Of a stretch of DNA of 64,000 nt, positions 8,556-18,943 are shown piece by piece (position 1 is the first letter of the stretch; each line of letters starts with the position of its first letter). The stretch is taken from contig JAPLLX010000007.1 of the NCBI GenBank assembly GCA_026387335.1, positions 243 to 64,242 of the forward strand, given 5' to 3'. The position numbers and the translations under genes are program-made. A model generated the notes under the pieces. That model did not search any database. It was not told the DNA's origin and saw only the letters and a list, made by a program, of their open reading frames with translations. The stretch is from Candidatus Omnitrophota bacterium (GTDB taxonomy: Bacteria; Omnitrophota; Gorgyraeia; Gygaellales; Profunditerraquicolaceae).

Positions 8556-9056
8556 ATGCTTTGCGATATTTGCGGTAAGAATCCGGCAACCGTGCATCTG
8601 ACCGAGATCCTTAATGACCAGATGACTGAGCTGCACCTGTGTGAAGAATGCGCCAAGCAAAAGAGTATGGCGATGGAGCAGCAGTTTGGCTTAAGCGACC
8701 TTTTGGCCGGTATGGCTGATTCTGATAAACAGGGCAACGAATCCGAGGCCCTGAAAAACCTTAAGTGCCCTAACTGCGGCCTGACCTACGCTGACTTTAA
8801 GAAAATAGGCAGGCTGGGTTGCAGCGCCTGTTACAATACTTTCAGCAGATATCTTGGACCTTTATTGAAACGGATCCATGGCTCAACGCAGCACACAGGA
8901 AAATCTCCGCTTAAAGTGACCAAGGCCTTGAAGAAAGAGATAGGCGTACAGGTATTACGTAACCAACTGCAAAAAGCGATCCAGGCCGAGGCGTTTGAAG
9001 AAGCAGCCAAGTTACGCGACCAGATAAAGGAAGCCGAGAAGAAAGAAGAGAAATAA
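8556..9056 (+). CDS. mcsA: McsA-like activator of protein arginine kinase (zinc-finger plus UVR motif)
   Basis: Paired CxxC zinc-finger motifs (CDICG..CEEC; CPNCG..CSAC) and a C-terminal UVR motif (FEEAAKLRDQIK). Immediately upstream of mcsB-clpC. Confidence 0.85.
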   Translation: MLCDICGKNPATVHLTEILNDQMTELHLCEECAKQKSMAMEQQFGLSDLLAGMADSDKQGNESEALKNLKCPNCGLTYADFKKIGRLGCSACYNTFSRYLGPLLKRIHGSTQHTGKSPLKVTKALKKEIGVQVLRNQLQKAIQAEAFEEAAKLRDQIKEAEKKEEK

Positions 9057-9058
9057 AT

Positions 9059-10111
9059 ATGCAGTTAAACGATTTATTAAATCACACTAGCGAATGGCTT
9101 AAGGGAAGCGGGCCAAATTCGGATATTGTGATTTCCAGCCGCATACGCCTGGCGCGTAACCTGGATAAAGAGAATTTTCCGCATTGGGCCAACAAGTCTC
9201 AAGGCGCGACTGTTTTAAATATCATTAAAGAAGGCGTAGCTAAGGTGGATTATCTAAAACGCACGACATTTTTTAATTTGGCGGATATTGACAGCGTGGA
9301 TAAACAGTTTTTGGTCGAGCGGCATCTTATGTCGCTTGAGCAGGCCCAGAAGAGCGATAGCAAGGCGTTGGTAGTGGACGATGAAGAGATAGTCTCAATT
9401 ATGATTAATGAAGAAGACCATATCCGCATGCAGGTCATGCAATCCGGGTTTAATCTTTTTGAGGCCTGGAACATTATTAACGCGATTGATGATAATTTGG
9501 CTAGGGAGTTGAATTTCGCGTTTCTCTCTAATTGGGGCTACCTGACAGCCTGCCCTACCAATGCCGGGACAGGTATGCGCGGTTCAGTCATGCTACATCT
9601 TCCGGCGCTGGTCATGACCCGTTCAATTGAAAGGGTGATGGCCGCCATTGCCAAGCTTAGTTTTACCACCCGCGGGCTTTACGGCGAAGGAACGCAGGCA
9701 ATGGGGAACTTCTTTCAAATTTCTAACCAGATATCCTTGGGGCCAAGCGAAGGCGAGATTATTGAAAGCATAAACGGCCTGATCCGCCAGATCATTGAGC
9801 AGGAGAAACAAGCCAGAGAAAGCCTGCTTGCTAAAAACAGTCCGCTTCTGGAAGACAGGATCAACCGCAGCCTCGGTATCTTAAAGAGCGCCCGGATCAT
9901 CTCAAGCCAGGAGACAATAGAATTACTTTCAATGGTCAGGTTAGGATGCGACGCAGGAATTATTAAAGATATAGACCGTCGGGTCATCAACGAGTTATTT
10001 ATTATTACTCAGCCGGCGCACTTACAGAAATTAGAGAATAAAAAGATTTCCGCGCAGGAGCGGGATTTAAAGCGGGCGGAATTAATCCGGGACAAACTAA
10101 ATATTCATTAA
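9059..10111 (+). CDS. mcsB: Protein arginine kinase McsB
   Basis: Phosphagen-kinase-type catalytic core (EEDHIRMQ, CPTNAGTGMR). Sits between mcsA and clpC. Confidence 0.9.
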   Translation: MQLNDLLNHTSEWLKGSGPNSDIVISSRIRLARNLDKENFPHWANKSQGATVLNIIKEGVAKVDYLKRTTFFNLADIDSVDKQFLVERHLMSLEQAQKSDSKALVVDDEEIVSIMINEEDHIRMQVMQSGFNLFEAWNIINAIDDNLARELNFAFLSNWGYLTACPTNAGTGMRGSVMLHLPALVMTRSIERVMAAIAKLSFTTRGLYGEGTQAMGNFFQISNQISLGPSEGEIIESINGLIRQIIEQEKQARESLLAKNSPLLEDRINRSLGILKSARIISSQETIELLSMVRLGCDAGIIKDIDRRVINELFIITQPAHLQKLENKKISAQERDLKRAELIRDKLNIH

Positions 10112-10122
10112 GGGAGGGTTGC

Positions 10123-12543
10123 ATGTTCAATCGTTTTACGGAAAGGGCGCGGAAAGTAATCATCTTAGCTAAAGAAGAGGCCAGGCGTTTTAATCATGAC
10201 TATATCGGGACCGAGCATATACTTTTAGGCCTCATCCGTGAGGGAGAAGGTGTAGCCAGCACGGTATTGCAGAAACTCGGGCTTTCGTTAGAAAATATAC
10301 GGATTGAGGTTGAGAAATTAGTCCAGCCGGGGCCGACCACCCAGATTATCGGAGATATTCCTTTTACTCCGCGGGCAAAAAAATCATTAGAGCTGGCAGC
10401 TGAAGAAGCGCGTTCGCTGGGGCATAATTATATCGGCACCGAGCATCTTTTATTGGGCCTAATACGTGAGGGAGAAGGTATAGCTTCGCAGGTATTATTA
10501 AATTTGGGGCTGGATTTGAATTCTGTGCGTAACGAAGTCATGGAGTTGTTGGGTTCGGCTCTTCCCGGAGGCCAGGGCATCCCGGGACAGCAGGCAAAAA
10601 GCAAGACTCCGGCATTAGATGCTTTTGGCCGCGATCTTACCGCTTTAGCCAAAGAGAATAAATTGGATCCGGTTATTGACCGCGTCCAGGAGATTGAAAG
10701 GGTCATCCAGATTTTAAGCCGCAGGACCAAGAATAACCCCGTTCTTTTAGGCGAGGCAGGAGTCGGAAAGACCGCGATTGTCGAAGGCCTGGCTCAGTTG
10801 ATTGTTGCGGGTAATGTCCCGGAGTTATTGCGCGGTAAACGGCTTATTTCTTTAGATCTAGCCTTAATGGTCGCCGGGACCAAATACCGCGGCCAGTTTG
10901 AAGAGAGAATAAAAGCGGTCATGGAAGAGATTAAGCGTTCGCAGGATGTAGTTATTTTTATTGATGAGCTGCATACTTTAGTCGGGGCGGGCGCCGCGGA
11001 AGGCGCGATTGACGCTTCCAATATCTTAAAACCCGCTCTTTCGCGCGGAGAGATGCAGTGTATAGGCGCGACCACCATGGATGAATACAGGAAATATATA
11101 GAGAAGGACGCGGCTTTAGAGCGCAGGTTCCAGACGATTATGGTTGAGCCTCCTTCAGTCGACCAGACTGTGGAAATATTAAAAGGCCTGCGAGATAAAT
11201 ACGAGGCGCATCATCGGGTAACTTTTAAAGACGACGCGTTGGAAGCGGCGGTAAAATTATCCGACCGTTATATTTCCGGGAGATTTCTTCCGGATAAGGC
11301 GATTGATTTAATGGATGAAGCAGGCTCACGGGCCAGGCTTAATGTCCTGATTGTCCCGCCTGACATTAAAAAATTAGAGGAAAAGGTCGAGGGCTTAAGG
11401 AAAGAAAAAGAGTCGTTTATTAAGAGCCAGGATTTTGAAAAAGCCGCGTCTTTACGCGACCAGGAAAGGCAGACGCGCCAGGAATTAGAGCAATTGAATA
11501 AAGAATGGTCGCAGGCCAAAGATAAGATGCGGCCGGAAGTAAACGAAGAAGATATAGCTAAGATCGTGGCTCAATGGACAGGCATTCCCATATTTAGATT
11601 AGAAGAAAAAGAGAGCGAAAAATTACTTAAGATTGAAGAGGAATTACATAAGCGGGTAGTCGGCCAGAACGAAGCGATTGAAGCGATAGCCCACGCGGTC
11701 AGGCGTTCGCGCGCCGGTATTAAGGATCCCCGCAGGCCGATAGGTTCATTTGTATTCTTAGGCCCGACGGGCGTAGGGAAATCCCTGCTGGCCCGGGCAT
11801 TAGCGGAATTTATGTTTGGCGATGAAGACGCTCTAATCCAACTGGATATGTCCGAGTATATGGAGAAATTCAATGTTTCGCGTTTAATCGGCGCTCCTCC
11901 TGGATATGTCGGTTATGAAGAGGGCGGGCAGCTTACCGAAAGGATCCGCCGGCGGCCGTATTCGGTCATTCTTTTGGATGAAATTGAAAAAGCTCACCCG
12001 GATGTATTTAATTTACTGCTGCAGGTTTTTGAAGAAGGCCGCCTGACCGATAGTTTCGGCAGAAAGGTTGATTTCCGCAATACCGTGATCATTATGACTT
12101 CTAATGTCGGAGCGGACTTGATCCGTAAGGCCGGCTCACTGGGTTTTAAGACCCAAAAAGAAGAGGTTACTTACCAGGATATGAAAGATAAGCTGCTGGA
12201 GGAAGTGAAACATACTTTTAAACCGGAATTCTTAAACCGGATTGATGATATTATCGTCTTTAGGCAACTTCTCAAAGAAGACCTTACCCGCATTATTGAT
12301 ATTGAGATAGGGCATGTTGCCGCCAGATTAAAGGAGCAGAATATTTCCTTGGAAGTCAGCCCCGAGGCCAAAGAATTCCTTATTGATAAGGGGTTTGACC
12401 TGGTGTTTGGGGCCCGGCCCTTAAAGAGGACGATCCAGAGATACCTGGAGGACCCATTAGCTTCGGAGATAATATCCAAGAAATTTAAGGATGGCTCGGC
12501 GGTTAAGGTAACGCGTAAAAACGAGGAACTAATCTTTTCCTAA
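10123..12543 (+). CDS. clpC: ATP-dependent Clp protease ATP-binding subunit ClpC
   Basis: Duplicated Clp_N repeats, two AAA+ modules (GEAGVGKT, GPTGVGKS) and a UVR motif in the M-domain (FEKAASLRDQE). Confidence 0.95.
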   Translation: MFNRFTERARKVIILAKEEARRFNHDYIGTEHILLGLIREGEGVASTVLQKLGLSLENIRIEVEKLVQPGPTTQIIGDIPFTPRAKKSLELAAEEARSLGHNYIGTEHLLLGLIREGEGIASQVLLNLGLDLNSVRNEVMELLGSALPGGQGIPGQQAKSKTPALDAFGRDLTALAKENKLDPVIDRVQEIERVIQILSRRTKNNPVLLGEAGVGKTAIVEGLAQLIVAGNVPELLRGKRLISLDLALMVAGTKYRGQFEERIKAVMEEIKRSQDVVIFIDELHTLVGAGAAEGAIDASNILKPALSRGEMQCIGATTMDEYRKYIEKDAALERRFQTIMVEPPSVDQTVEILKGLRDKYEAHHRVTFKDDALEAAVKLSDRYISGRFLPDKAIDLMDEAGSRARLNVLIVPPDIKKLEEKVEGLRKEKESFIKSQDFEKAASLRDQERQTRQELEQLNKEWSQAKDKMRPEVNEEDIAKIVAQWTGIPIFRLEEKESEKLLKIEEELHKRVVGQNEAIEAIAHAVRRSRAGIKDPRRPIGSFVFLGPTGVGKSLLARALAEFMFGDEDALIQLDMSEYMEKFNVSRLIGAPPGYVGYEEGGQLTERIRRRPYSVILLDEIEKAHPDVFNLLLQVFEEGRLTDSFGRKVDFRNTVIIMTSNVGADLIRKAGSLGFKTQKEEVTYQDMKDKLLEEVKHTFKPEFLNRIDDIIVFRQLLKEDLTRIIDIEIGHVAARLKEQNISLEVSPEAKEFLIDKGFDLVFGARPLKRTIQRYLEDPLASEIISKKFKDGSAVKVTRKNEELIFS

Positions 12544-13328
12544 TGCTATATGAATTTTTTATTACTCTAGGCTCCCGCGTCATCTCCTTCATGTACTTTA
12601 TGGGAGGGATAAGCAACTTAGGTATTCAGACTGTTTGTTCCATTTTTGTCCCGCCGTTTAAAAAAGACCGCATATTTGAACAGATGAAGAAGGCCGGGTT
12701 TGATAGCCTCCCGATAGTCTCGCTGATCTCTTTATTTATCGGTTTTATATTTGCCCTGCAGTCCGCTTATTTTATGCAACGTATGGGCTCGGAGATCTAT
12801 ATCGCGAGTTTAGTCGCGCTAGCTATTGTGCGCGAACTTGGTCCCGTAATCACCGCTTTGATCGTAGCCGGCAGGGTAGGCGCTTCCATTACCGCGGAAC
12901 TGGGTTCAATGCAGGTCACTGAACAAATTGACGCTTTGGAGACTCTAGCGACTAATCCTATAAAATACCTGGTCATGCCGCGCTTCCTGGCTTTAAGCCT
13001 GATGCTGCCTTTATTGACCCTCTATTCTGACGCGATAGGTATCCTGGGAAGCTATATGATTTGCGTATTTAAGCTGGGCATATCTTCCAGTATGTATCTG
13101 CGGGTTACGGCTGAAGCCCTGTTTTATAAGGACCTCTTTACCGGTTTATTTAAGACTATATTCTTCGGAATGATTATTGCCCTGGTCTCCTGTTACGAAG
13201 GATTTAATGTCGTGGGAGGAGCGGAGGGAGTAGGCAGGGCGACTACCCGCTCGGTGGTTTTTAGTTTTATCATGATTATTATCGCCGACTGTTTCTTTAC
13301 GGCTATGTTTTATTTTATATTCCCTTAA
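12543..13328 (+). CDS. mlaE: Phospholipid/lipid ABC transporter permease MlaE
   Basis: MlaE-type polytopic permease (RELGPVITALIVAGRVGASITAELGSMQVTEQIDAL). Confidence 0.9.
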   Translation: MLYEFFITLGSRVISFMYFMGGISNLGIQTVCSIFVPPFKKDRIFEQMKKAGFDSLPIVSLISLFIGFIFALQSAYFMQRMGSEIYIASLVALAIVRELGPVITALIVAGRVGASITAELGSMQVTEQIDALETLATNPIKYLVMPRFLALSLMLPLLTLYSDAIGILGSYMICVFKLGISSSMYLRVTAEALFYKDLFTGLFKTIFFGMIIALVSCYEGFNVVGGAEGVGRATTRSVVFSFIMIIIADCFFTAMFYFIFP

Positions 13329-13333
13329 AAAAG

Positions 13334-14095
13334 ATGATTGAAATAACCGGATTGCATAAATCGTTAGGAGCGCATAGGGTCCTAAACGGGGTGCACCTAA
13401 GAATCGAAAAAGGAAAGACCTGCGTAATCATCGGCCGCTCCGGCTGCGGCAAATCTGTCCTGCTTAAACATATTGTAGGTATCTTAAAAGCCGATAAAGG
13501 AAAGATCTTAATTGATAATCAGGATGTCGGGGTATTAAGCGAAAAGGAATTGAATGCGTTGCGCCTTAAGATGGGCATGGTTTTTCAGGGAGGCGCGTTA
13601 TTTGATTCGATGACCGTAGGAGAGAACGTCGGTTTCGGGCTTATTGAATTTGACCACCTTACGCATAGGAAACTTTTAGAAAGAATAGAGTCGTCGTTAG
13701 CCATGGTGGGGCTGCATGGGATAGGCAGTCTTATGCCTTCGGAGTTAAGCGGCGGGATGCGTAAGCGCGTGGCTTTGGCCCGGGCAATCTGCATAAAGCC
13801 CGAGATTATATTGTATGATGAACCGACTACCGGCGTGGATCCGATCACGGCCGACAGTATAAATGAATTAATCAAAAGCATGCATGATAAGTTAAATGTT
13901 ACCTCTATCGTAGTCACTCATGATATAACCAGCGCCTATAAAGTTGCGGATAAAATAGCCATGCTTTATCAGGGCAGGATTATTGCCGAGGGCACTCCTG
14001 AAGAAATCCAGAAAACAAAAAATCCTGTTGTTCATCAATTTATTAACGGCTTAAGCACCGGCCCGATAACCGAAACGCTTGATCGTTCCAGATAA
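13334..14095 (+). CDS. mlaF: Mla system ATP-binding protein MlaF
   Basis: Walker A GRSGCGKS, signature LSGGMRKRVALARA, Walker B ILYDEPTTGVDP. Confidence 0.9.
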   Translation: MIEITGLHKSLGAHRVLNGVHLRIEKGKTCVIIGRSGCGKSVLLKHIVGILKADKGKILIDNQDVGVLSEKELNALRLKMGMVFQGGALFDSMTVGENVGFGLIEFDHLTHRKLLERIESSLAMVGLHGIGSLMPSELSGGMRKRVALARAICIKPEIILYDEPTTGVDPITADSINELIKSMHDKLNVTSIVVTHDITSAYKVADKIAMLYQGRIIAEGTPEEIQKTKNPVVHQFINGLSTGPITETLDRSR

Positions 14096-14109
14096 CCGGA
14101 GGAATTAAA

Positions 14110-14724
14110 ATGATATTTGGAAAGACAAAATTGGAATTAAAAGTGGGGATTTTTGTTTTTATAGGTTTGATTATACTTATGATTTTTGTCCTTTCTATAG
14201 GCGGGGTGAAGACCTGGGCTTCGGGTTACCGGGTAAATTTCATTTTTGGTTTTATAAATGGCGTCAAGACCGGCGCGCCGGTCAGGTTTGCCGGAGTGGA
14301 TTCCGGAGTGGTCAAAGCAATAAAATTCTATTACGACCCCGAGGCGTTAAAAACCAGAGTGCGTATAACCTGCTGGGTGCATAAGAATGTAAATATACCT
14401 CTGGATTCTAAGATCTGGGTGAATACCTTGGGTCTTTTAGGCGAGAAATATGTTGAGATCATGCCGGGTGAAAATTATAACAATCTGCTTTTGGCTAATC
14501 AGGAGATGTTCGGAGAAGACCCGCTTCCGATGAACGAGATCATGAAAGATGCCAAGCATATTACGGATAACCTGAATACGGGATTAGAGAAGATAATGAA
14601 TAAAGAAGGGACAGTAGGCAAGCTCTTATTTGATGACAAGGTCTATAATGAACTGGACGGTTTAGTCACTGACTTACGTAAGAATCCCTGGAAATTATTC
14701 TGGAAGGCTAAGGAAAAGAAGTAA
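14110..14724 (+). CDS. mlaD: MCE-domain protein MlaD
   Basis: N-terminal TM anchor followed by an MCE fold (GAPVRFAGVDSGVV). Third gene of the mlaEFD operon. Confidence 0.85.
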   Translation: MIFGKTKLELKVGIFVFIGLIILMIFVLSIGGVKTWASGYRVNFIFGFINGVKTGAPVRFAGVDSGVVKAIKFYYDPEALKTRVRITCWVHKNVNIPLDSKIWVNTLGLLGEKYVEIMPGENYNNLLLANQEMFGEDPLPMNEIMKDAKHITDNLNTGLEKIMNKEGTVGKLLFDDKVYNELDGLVTDLRKNPWKLFWKAKEKK

Positions 14725-16130
14725 TGGCCAAACTCAGAACTATATTTACCTGCCAGAGTTGCGGGTATCAATCTCCTAAATGGCTGGGCAGATGCCCGGA
14801 TTGCTCAAGCTGGAATTCTTTTGTGGAGGAGGATTATAGCGCTCCGTCTTCTAAAGGAAAAGAACGGGCCTCTTTATATAAAGATGAGCCGGTATTACTT
14901 AAGGACGTCGAGGCCAGGGAAGAGGAGCGGCTTAAAACAGGCATATCCGAATTAGACAGGGTTTTAGGAGGAGGGATAGTTGCCGGTTCGGTAATTTTAA
15001 TCGGCGGAGACCCGGGAGTAGGTAAATCCACGATATCCTTGCAAGTATCTAACCAGTTGACCAAGCAGGGAATAAAAGTCCTTTATGTAAGCGGGGAGGA
15101 GAGCGTTCATCAGACTAAGCTTAGGGCTAAGCGCCTGGGTTCGCATGAATCCGATTGTCTTTATATTGTCAATCAGACGGATCTATCCTTAATCGTTGAA
15201 TATATTAAGAAGCTTAAGCCGGGCGCTGTAATTATTGATTCTATTCAGGTTGTTTTTGACCCCGGGATCAGCTCTTCCGCCGGAAGTGTGAGTCAAGTAA
15301 GGGAATGCGCCGGGATCCTTACCCAATTAGCCAAAACAACCGGCACGCCGATTTTTATTATAGGCCATGTGACTAAAGAAGGCACAATCGCCGGCCCAAG
15401 AGTCTTAGAGCATATTGTAGATACGGTTTTATATTTTGAAGGTGATCGCTTCTCCCTTTACCGTATTTTACGGGCGGTAAAGAACAGGTTTGGTTCGACT
15501 AATGAGATAGGCGTTTTTGAAATGAACGCTCAAGGGTTAGCCGAAGTAAAAAATCCGTCGGAAATATTTTTATCCGAAAGGCCGCAGGATGTAGCGGGTT
15601 CAGTAGTTACTTCCATAATGGAGGGCTCTAGGCCGCTTTTAGTGGAAATGCAATCTCTGGTCAGTCGGTCAAGTTTTGGTTATGCCCGCAGGCGGGCCCA
15701 GGGATTTGATTCTAACCGGCTCAGCCTCTTGACCGCTGTTTTAGAAAAAAGGATTGGCTTAGCGCTTGAGGCCGAAGACATCTTTGTCAATGTCGCCGGC
15801 GGAATAAAAGTGGAAGACCCGGCGGCAGATCTGGGTTTGGCAGTAGCTATAGCTTCTGCGTTCCGTGAGCAATTAGTCCTGCCGGCTACGTTGATTTTGG
15901 GTGAAGTGGGCTTAAGCGGAGAAGTCAGGAGTGTTTCCCAGATTATGCTGCGGATAAACGAAGCCGAGAAGCTGGGTTTTAAACATTGCATTTTGCCTAA
16001 AAATAATCATAAAAATCTTAAATATTATAAGGGCGCTATTGAATTAATCCCGGTAGCGAATTTAAAGGAAGGATTAGATATCGCCTTAGGCAGACAGGCT
16101 GCGCCTTGCGGCAGCCAAGGAGGGAAATAA
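14724..16130 (+). CDS. radA: DNA repair protein RadA/Sms
   Basis: N-terminal zinc finger CQSCG..CPDC, Walker [15 protein letters not shown] motif and a Lon-like C-terminal domain. Confidence 0.95.
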   Translation: MAKLRTIFTCQSCGYQSPKWLGRCPDCSSWNSFVEEDYSAPSSKGKERASLYKDEPVLLKDVEAREEERLKTGISELDRVLGGGIVAGSVILIGGDPGVGKSTISLQVSNQLTKQGIKVLYVSGEESVHQTKLRAKRLGSHESDCLYIVNQTDLSLIVEYIKKLKPGAVIIDSIQVVFDPGISSSAGSVSQVRECAGILTQLAKTTGTPIFIIGHVTKEGTIAGPRVLEHIVDTVLYFEGDRFSLYRILRAVKNRFGSTNEIGVFEMNAQGLAEVKNPSEIFLSERPQDVAGSVVTSIMEGSRPLLVEMQSLVSRSSFGYARRRAQGFDSNRLSLLTAVLEKRIGLALEAEDIFVNVAGGIKVEDPAADLGLAVAIASAFREQLVLPATLILGEVGLSGEVRSVSQIMLRINEAEKLGFKHCILPKNNHKNLKYYKGAIELIPVANLKEGLDIALGRQAAPCGSQGGK

Positions 16131-17095
16131 TGAATTTATTCTTCGCGCGGGTTTTATTCTTGGTCGGTAGCATGACAGTGGGTTATCAGTCAGGAGATAT
16201 GCTCGGCATTCTTATCGGAGGCGGGTTAGGTTTATTAATTATTATTTTAGAAGTAGGTTTACGTAAGGTTTCGGTGAGCGGGCTCTCCAGCAGCGTTTTC
16301 GGGTTGATTCTAGGTTTAATTATGGCAAAACTTGTAGGGGATGCTTTCAGTGTTACTCCGCTTTCCCCCAGCGCGCTCTCTTCGGTCAGGGTGATACTGA
16401 CCCTGGTATTTTGTTATCTGGGTATGGTCATGGCGCTACGCGGTAAAGACGAATTCAGCGTTATTATTCCTTATGTCCGTTTGCGCCGGCAGGATAGCGC
16501 GGGGGATATCGTGATCTTAGATACAAGCGTAATTATTGACGGAAGGATCGTGGATATATGCAAGACCAAGTTCTTAAGCGGTAAAATTATTATTCCTAAA
16601 TTTGTTTTAAGGGAGCTTCAGCAGATCGCGGATTCAACCGACCCGATTAAACGCCAAAGAGGCAGGCGCGGATTAGAAATTCTGCATACAATACAAAAAG
16701 AATCCGGGTTGGATATTGTTATCCATGACGGGGATTTTGCGGAGACTTCGGAAGTGGACGCCAAACTGGTAAAGTTAGCCAAGCTCCTGGAGGCTAAGAT
16801 CCTGACTGTTGATTTTAACTTAAACCGCGTAGCCACCATCCAGGGGATAAAGGTTTTAAATATCAATGAACTGGCTAACGCGCTTAAGCCGGTAGTTTTT
16901 CCCGGTGAAGTGATGCAGCTTAAAATAATTAAAGAAGGGAAAGAGCATAATCAAGCGATAGGTTATCTTGATGACGGGACAATGGTAGTGGTGGAGGATG
17001 CCCGCCGCTTAATCGGACAGGAAGTCAAAGTCGCGGTTACCTCTGTCCTGCAGACGCAGGCAGGCAGGATGATTTTTACTAAGCTAGAACGATAA
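16130..17095 (+). CDS. PIN/TRAM domain membrane protein (YacL-like)
   Basis: N-terminal TM helices, a PIN domain ([12 protein letters not shown]) and a C-terminal TRAM-like domain. ATG at 16130 overlaps the radA stop, so the 16106 start in the track is probably an upstream extension. Confidence 0.8.
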   Translation: MNLFFARVLFLVGSMTVGYQSGDMLGILIGGGLGLLIIILEVGLRKVSVSGLSSSVFGLILGLIMAKLVGDAFSVTPLSPSALSSVRVILTLVFCYLGMVMALRGKDEFSVIIPYVRLRRQDSAGDIVILDTSVIIDGRIVDICKTKFLSGKIIIPKFVLRELQQIADSTDPIKRQRGRRGLEILHTIQKESGLDIVIHDGDFAETSEVDAKLVKLAKLLEAKILTVDFNLNRVATIQGIKVLNINELANALKPVVFPGEVMQLKIIKEGKEHNQAIGYLDDGTMVVVEDARRLIGQEVKVAVTSVLQTQAGRMIFTKLER

Positions 17096-17096
17096 A

Positions 17097-17783
17097 ATGT
17101 TTGTAAGCGCTATAATTGTTGCAGCCGGAAACAGCCGAAGATTCGGGAATAAGTTTTCTAAAGCTGTCTTAAGGATAAATTCTAAGCCGGTAATCGCTTA
17201 TTCGCTGGATGTTTTAAGCGAGCATCATAAGATAAAAGAGATTATTGTTGTAGGTAACCTTAAAAATATTGAGAGCCTGCGTGAGATTATCAGAAAAAAT
17301 AAGATACACAAAGCCGTTAAGGTAATTTTGGGCGGAAAAGAGCGCCAGGATTCCGTAGGTAATGGCCTAAAAGTAATAAATCCTAAAGCGGATTTTGTCT
17401 TGATTCACGACGCGGCGCGGCCTTTTATCACTAAAGGACTGGTAACTTTGGTCATCAAAGAGGCTCTGGAATCAAAAGCAGCCATAACGGGGGTACCGGT
17501 AAAGGCAACCATAAAAAAAGCCGATAATAAGGGTTGCGTAAAACGGACGATTGACAGGAATAACCTGTGGGAGATACAAACTCCGCAGGTTTTCTCAAAA
17601 AAGTTGATTTTAAATGCCTATAAAAAATTTGGGCGGTTTAAGGTTACGGATGACGCGATGCTGGTAGAGCGAACAGGGAGAAAAGTGAAGATGGTTTTAG
17701 GGGCGTATCACAATATCAAGATTACTACACCTGAAGATTTGATAATCGCTAAAGGAATAGCTCGATTATGGAAACCCGCATAG
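17097..17783 (+). CDS. ispD: 2-C-methyl-D-erythritol 4-phosphate cytidylyltransferase
   Basis: IIVAAGNSRRFG N-terminus and VLIHDAARPF motif. Adjacent to ispF. Confidence 0.9.
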   Translation: MFVSAIIVAAGNSRRFGNKFSKAVLRINSKPVIAYSLDVLSEHHKIKEIIVVGNLKNIESLREIIRKNKIHKAVKVILGGKERQDSVGNGLKVINPKADFVLIHDAARPFITKGLVTLVIKEALESKAAITGVPVKATIKKADNKGCVKRTIDRNNLWEIQTPQVFSKKLILNAYKKFGRFKVTDDAMLVERTGRKVKMVLGAYHNIKITTPEDLIIAKGIARLWKPA

Positions 17784-18250
17784 GCGTAGGTTATGATATT
17801 CATCGTCTAGTCTCCGAGCGTAAATTATTTATCGGAGGCGTAGAGATACCTTACATCAAAGGCCTGTTGGGCCACTCCGACGCGGATGTTTTAATCCATG
17901 CGATATGCGACGCTCTCTTAGGCGCTATAGCCGAAAAAGATATCGGCGAGCTCTTCCCGGACACTGACCCAAAATACCAGGGAATTTCCAGCTCGGAATT
18001 ATTAAAAGTAGTTTTAGAATTGGTGCGTAAAAAAGGCTATCAAGTTTCTAACTTGGACACGGTTATAATCGCCGAAGAGCCGAAGTTCGCGCCGTTTAAG
18101 AATAGGATCCAGGAATCTTTAAGCAAGATCATGAATATTGATAAAGACCGCGTGGGCCTAAAGGCTAAGACAAATGAGGGTTTGGGAGAGTTGGGGAGGA
18201 AAGAGGGGATTGCTTGTTACGCCACTGTTCTAATTAAGAAGGAGAGCTAA
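17768..18250 (+). CDS. ispF: 2-C-methyl-D-erythritol 2,4-cyclodiphosphate synthase
   Basis: RIGVGYDIHRL, GHSDADVLIHAICDALLGA motifs. Confidence 0.95.
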   Translation: METRIGVGYDIHRLVSERKLFIGGVEIPYIKGLLGHSDADVLIHAICDALLGAIAEKDIGELFPDTDPKYQGISSSELLKVVLELVRKKGYQVSNLDTVIIAEEPKFAPFKNRIQESLSKIMNIDKDRVGLKAKTNEGLGELGRKEGIACYATVLIKKES

Positions 18251-18928
18251 ATGGTTTGCCTTACACAGATATTATTATTTATTTTAGGGTTAATTATTCT
18301 TAAAAATATCGTGATTGCGATTTTTTTCTATTCCGAGATAAAAACAGCTCAGAAAAAGGATCCTGCCGCCAAGAGCTTTATTGAAATCTTACTTTTGTAT
18401 CAGGGTTTACACGCTTTAGTAGCTTATCGGACGGCAAATTTCTTCTATAGAATAAGATTTTTCTTTTTAGCCCGCTTTATTTCGCAGCTGGCGCGTTGGG
18501 CTACCGGTATTGAAATACACCCCGGAGCCAAAATCGGTAAAAGCCTTTTTATCGACCACGGTATGGGTGTGGTAATAGGCGAAACCGCGATAATCGGCGA
18601 TGGTGTGTTATTGTATCAGGGGGTTACTTTAGGCGGCACAGGCCTGGAGCACGGTAAACGGCATCCTACAATAGGAAATAATGTAGTTATCGGCGCGGGC
18701 GCCAAAGTTTTAGGAAATATAACCATTGGAGATAGTTCTTATATAGGTTCTAATGCCGTAGTCATAAAAGATGTCCCGGCAAATTCTACGGTTGTGGGGG
18801 TCCCGGGAAGAATAACCAAACAGGAAGGCAAGAAAATTGATATCAGCCTTGACCATATCCATGTGTTGGATCCCGTAATGCAGTTGATTGAAGAGTTGGA
18901 GCAGCGGATTAAAAAGTTAGAAAAATAA
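18251..18928 (+). CDS. cysE: Serine O-acetyltransferase (hexapeptide repeat)
   Basis: [14 protein letters not shown], then [26 protein letters not shown] hexapeptide repeats. The first ~20 aa are very hydrophobic, so an in-frame GTG at 18311 may be the real start. Confidence 0.85.
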   Translation: MVCLTQILLFILGLIILKNIVIAIFFYSEIKTAQKKDPAAKSFIEILLLYQGLHALVAYRTANFFYRIRFFFLARFISQLARWATGIEIHPGAKIGKSLFIDHGMGVVIGETAIIGDGVLLYQGVTLGGTGLEHGKRHPTIGNNVVIGAGAKVLGNITIGDSSYIGSNAVVIKDVPANSTVVGVPGRITKQEGKKIDISLDHIHVLDPVMQLIEELEQRIKKLEK

Positions 18929-18943
18929 ACTGCCTATCTTTTG

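Noticed and set aside
9250-12479. Numerous 60-110-aa ORFs on the minus strand inside mcsB and clpC. Similar ORFs lie inside lysS, lolC, radA, cysS, metG, the P-type ATPase gene and others. Examples: 10428..10730, 11571..11873, 19891..20316, 34520..34987, 42665..42973.
   Set aside because: All lie antisense within long, well-supported + strand genes. Their products are low-complexity and Ser/Leu/Ile-rich with no motifs, as expected from the complementary strand of AT-rich coding DNA.
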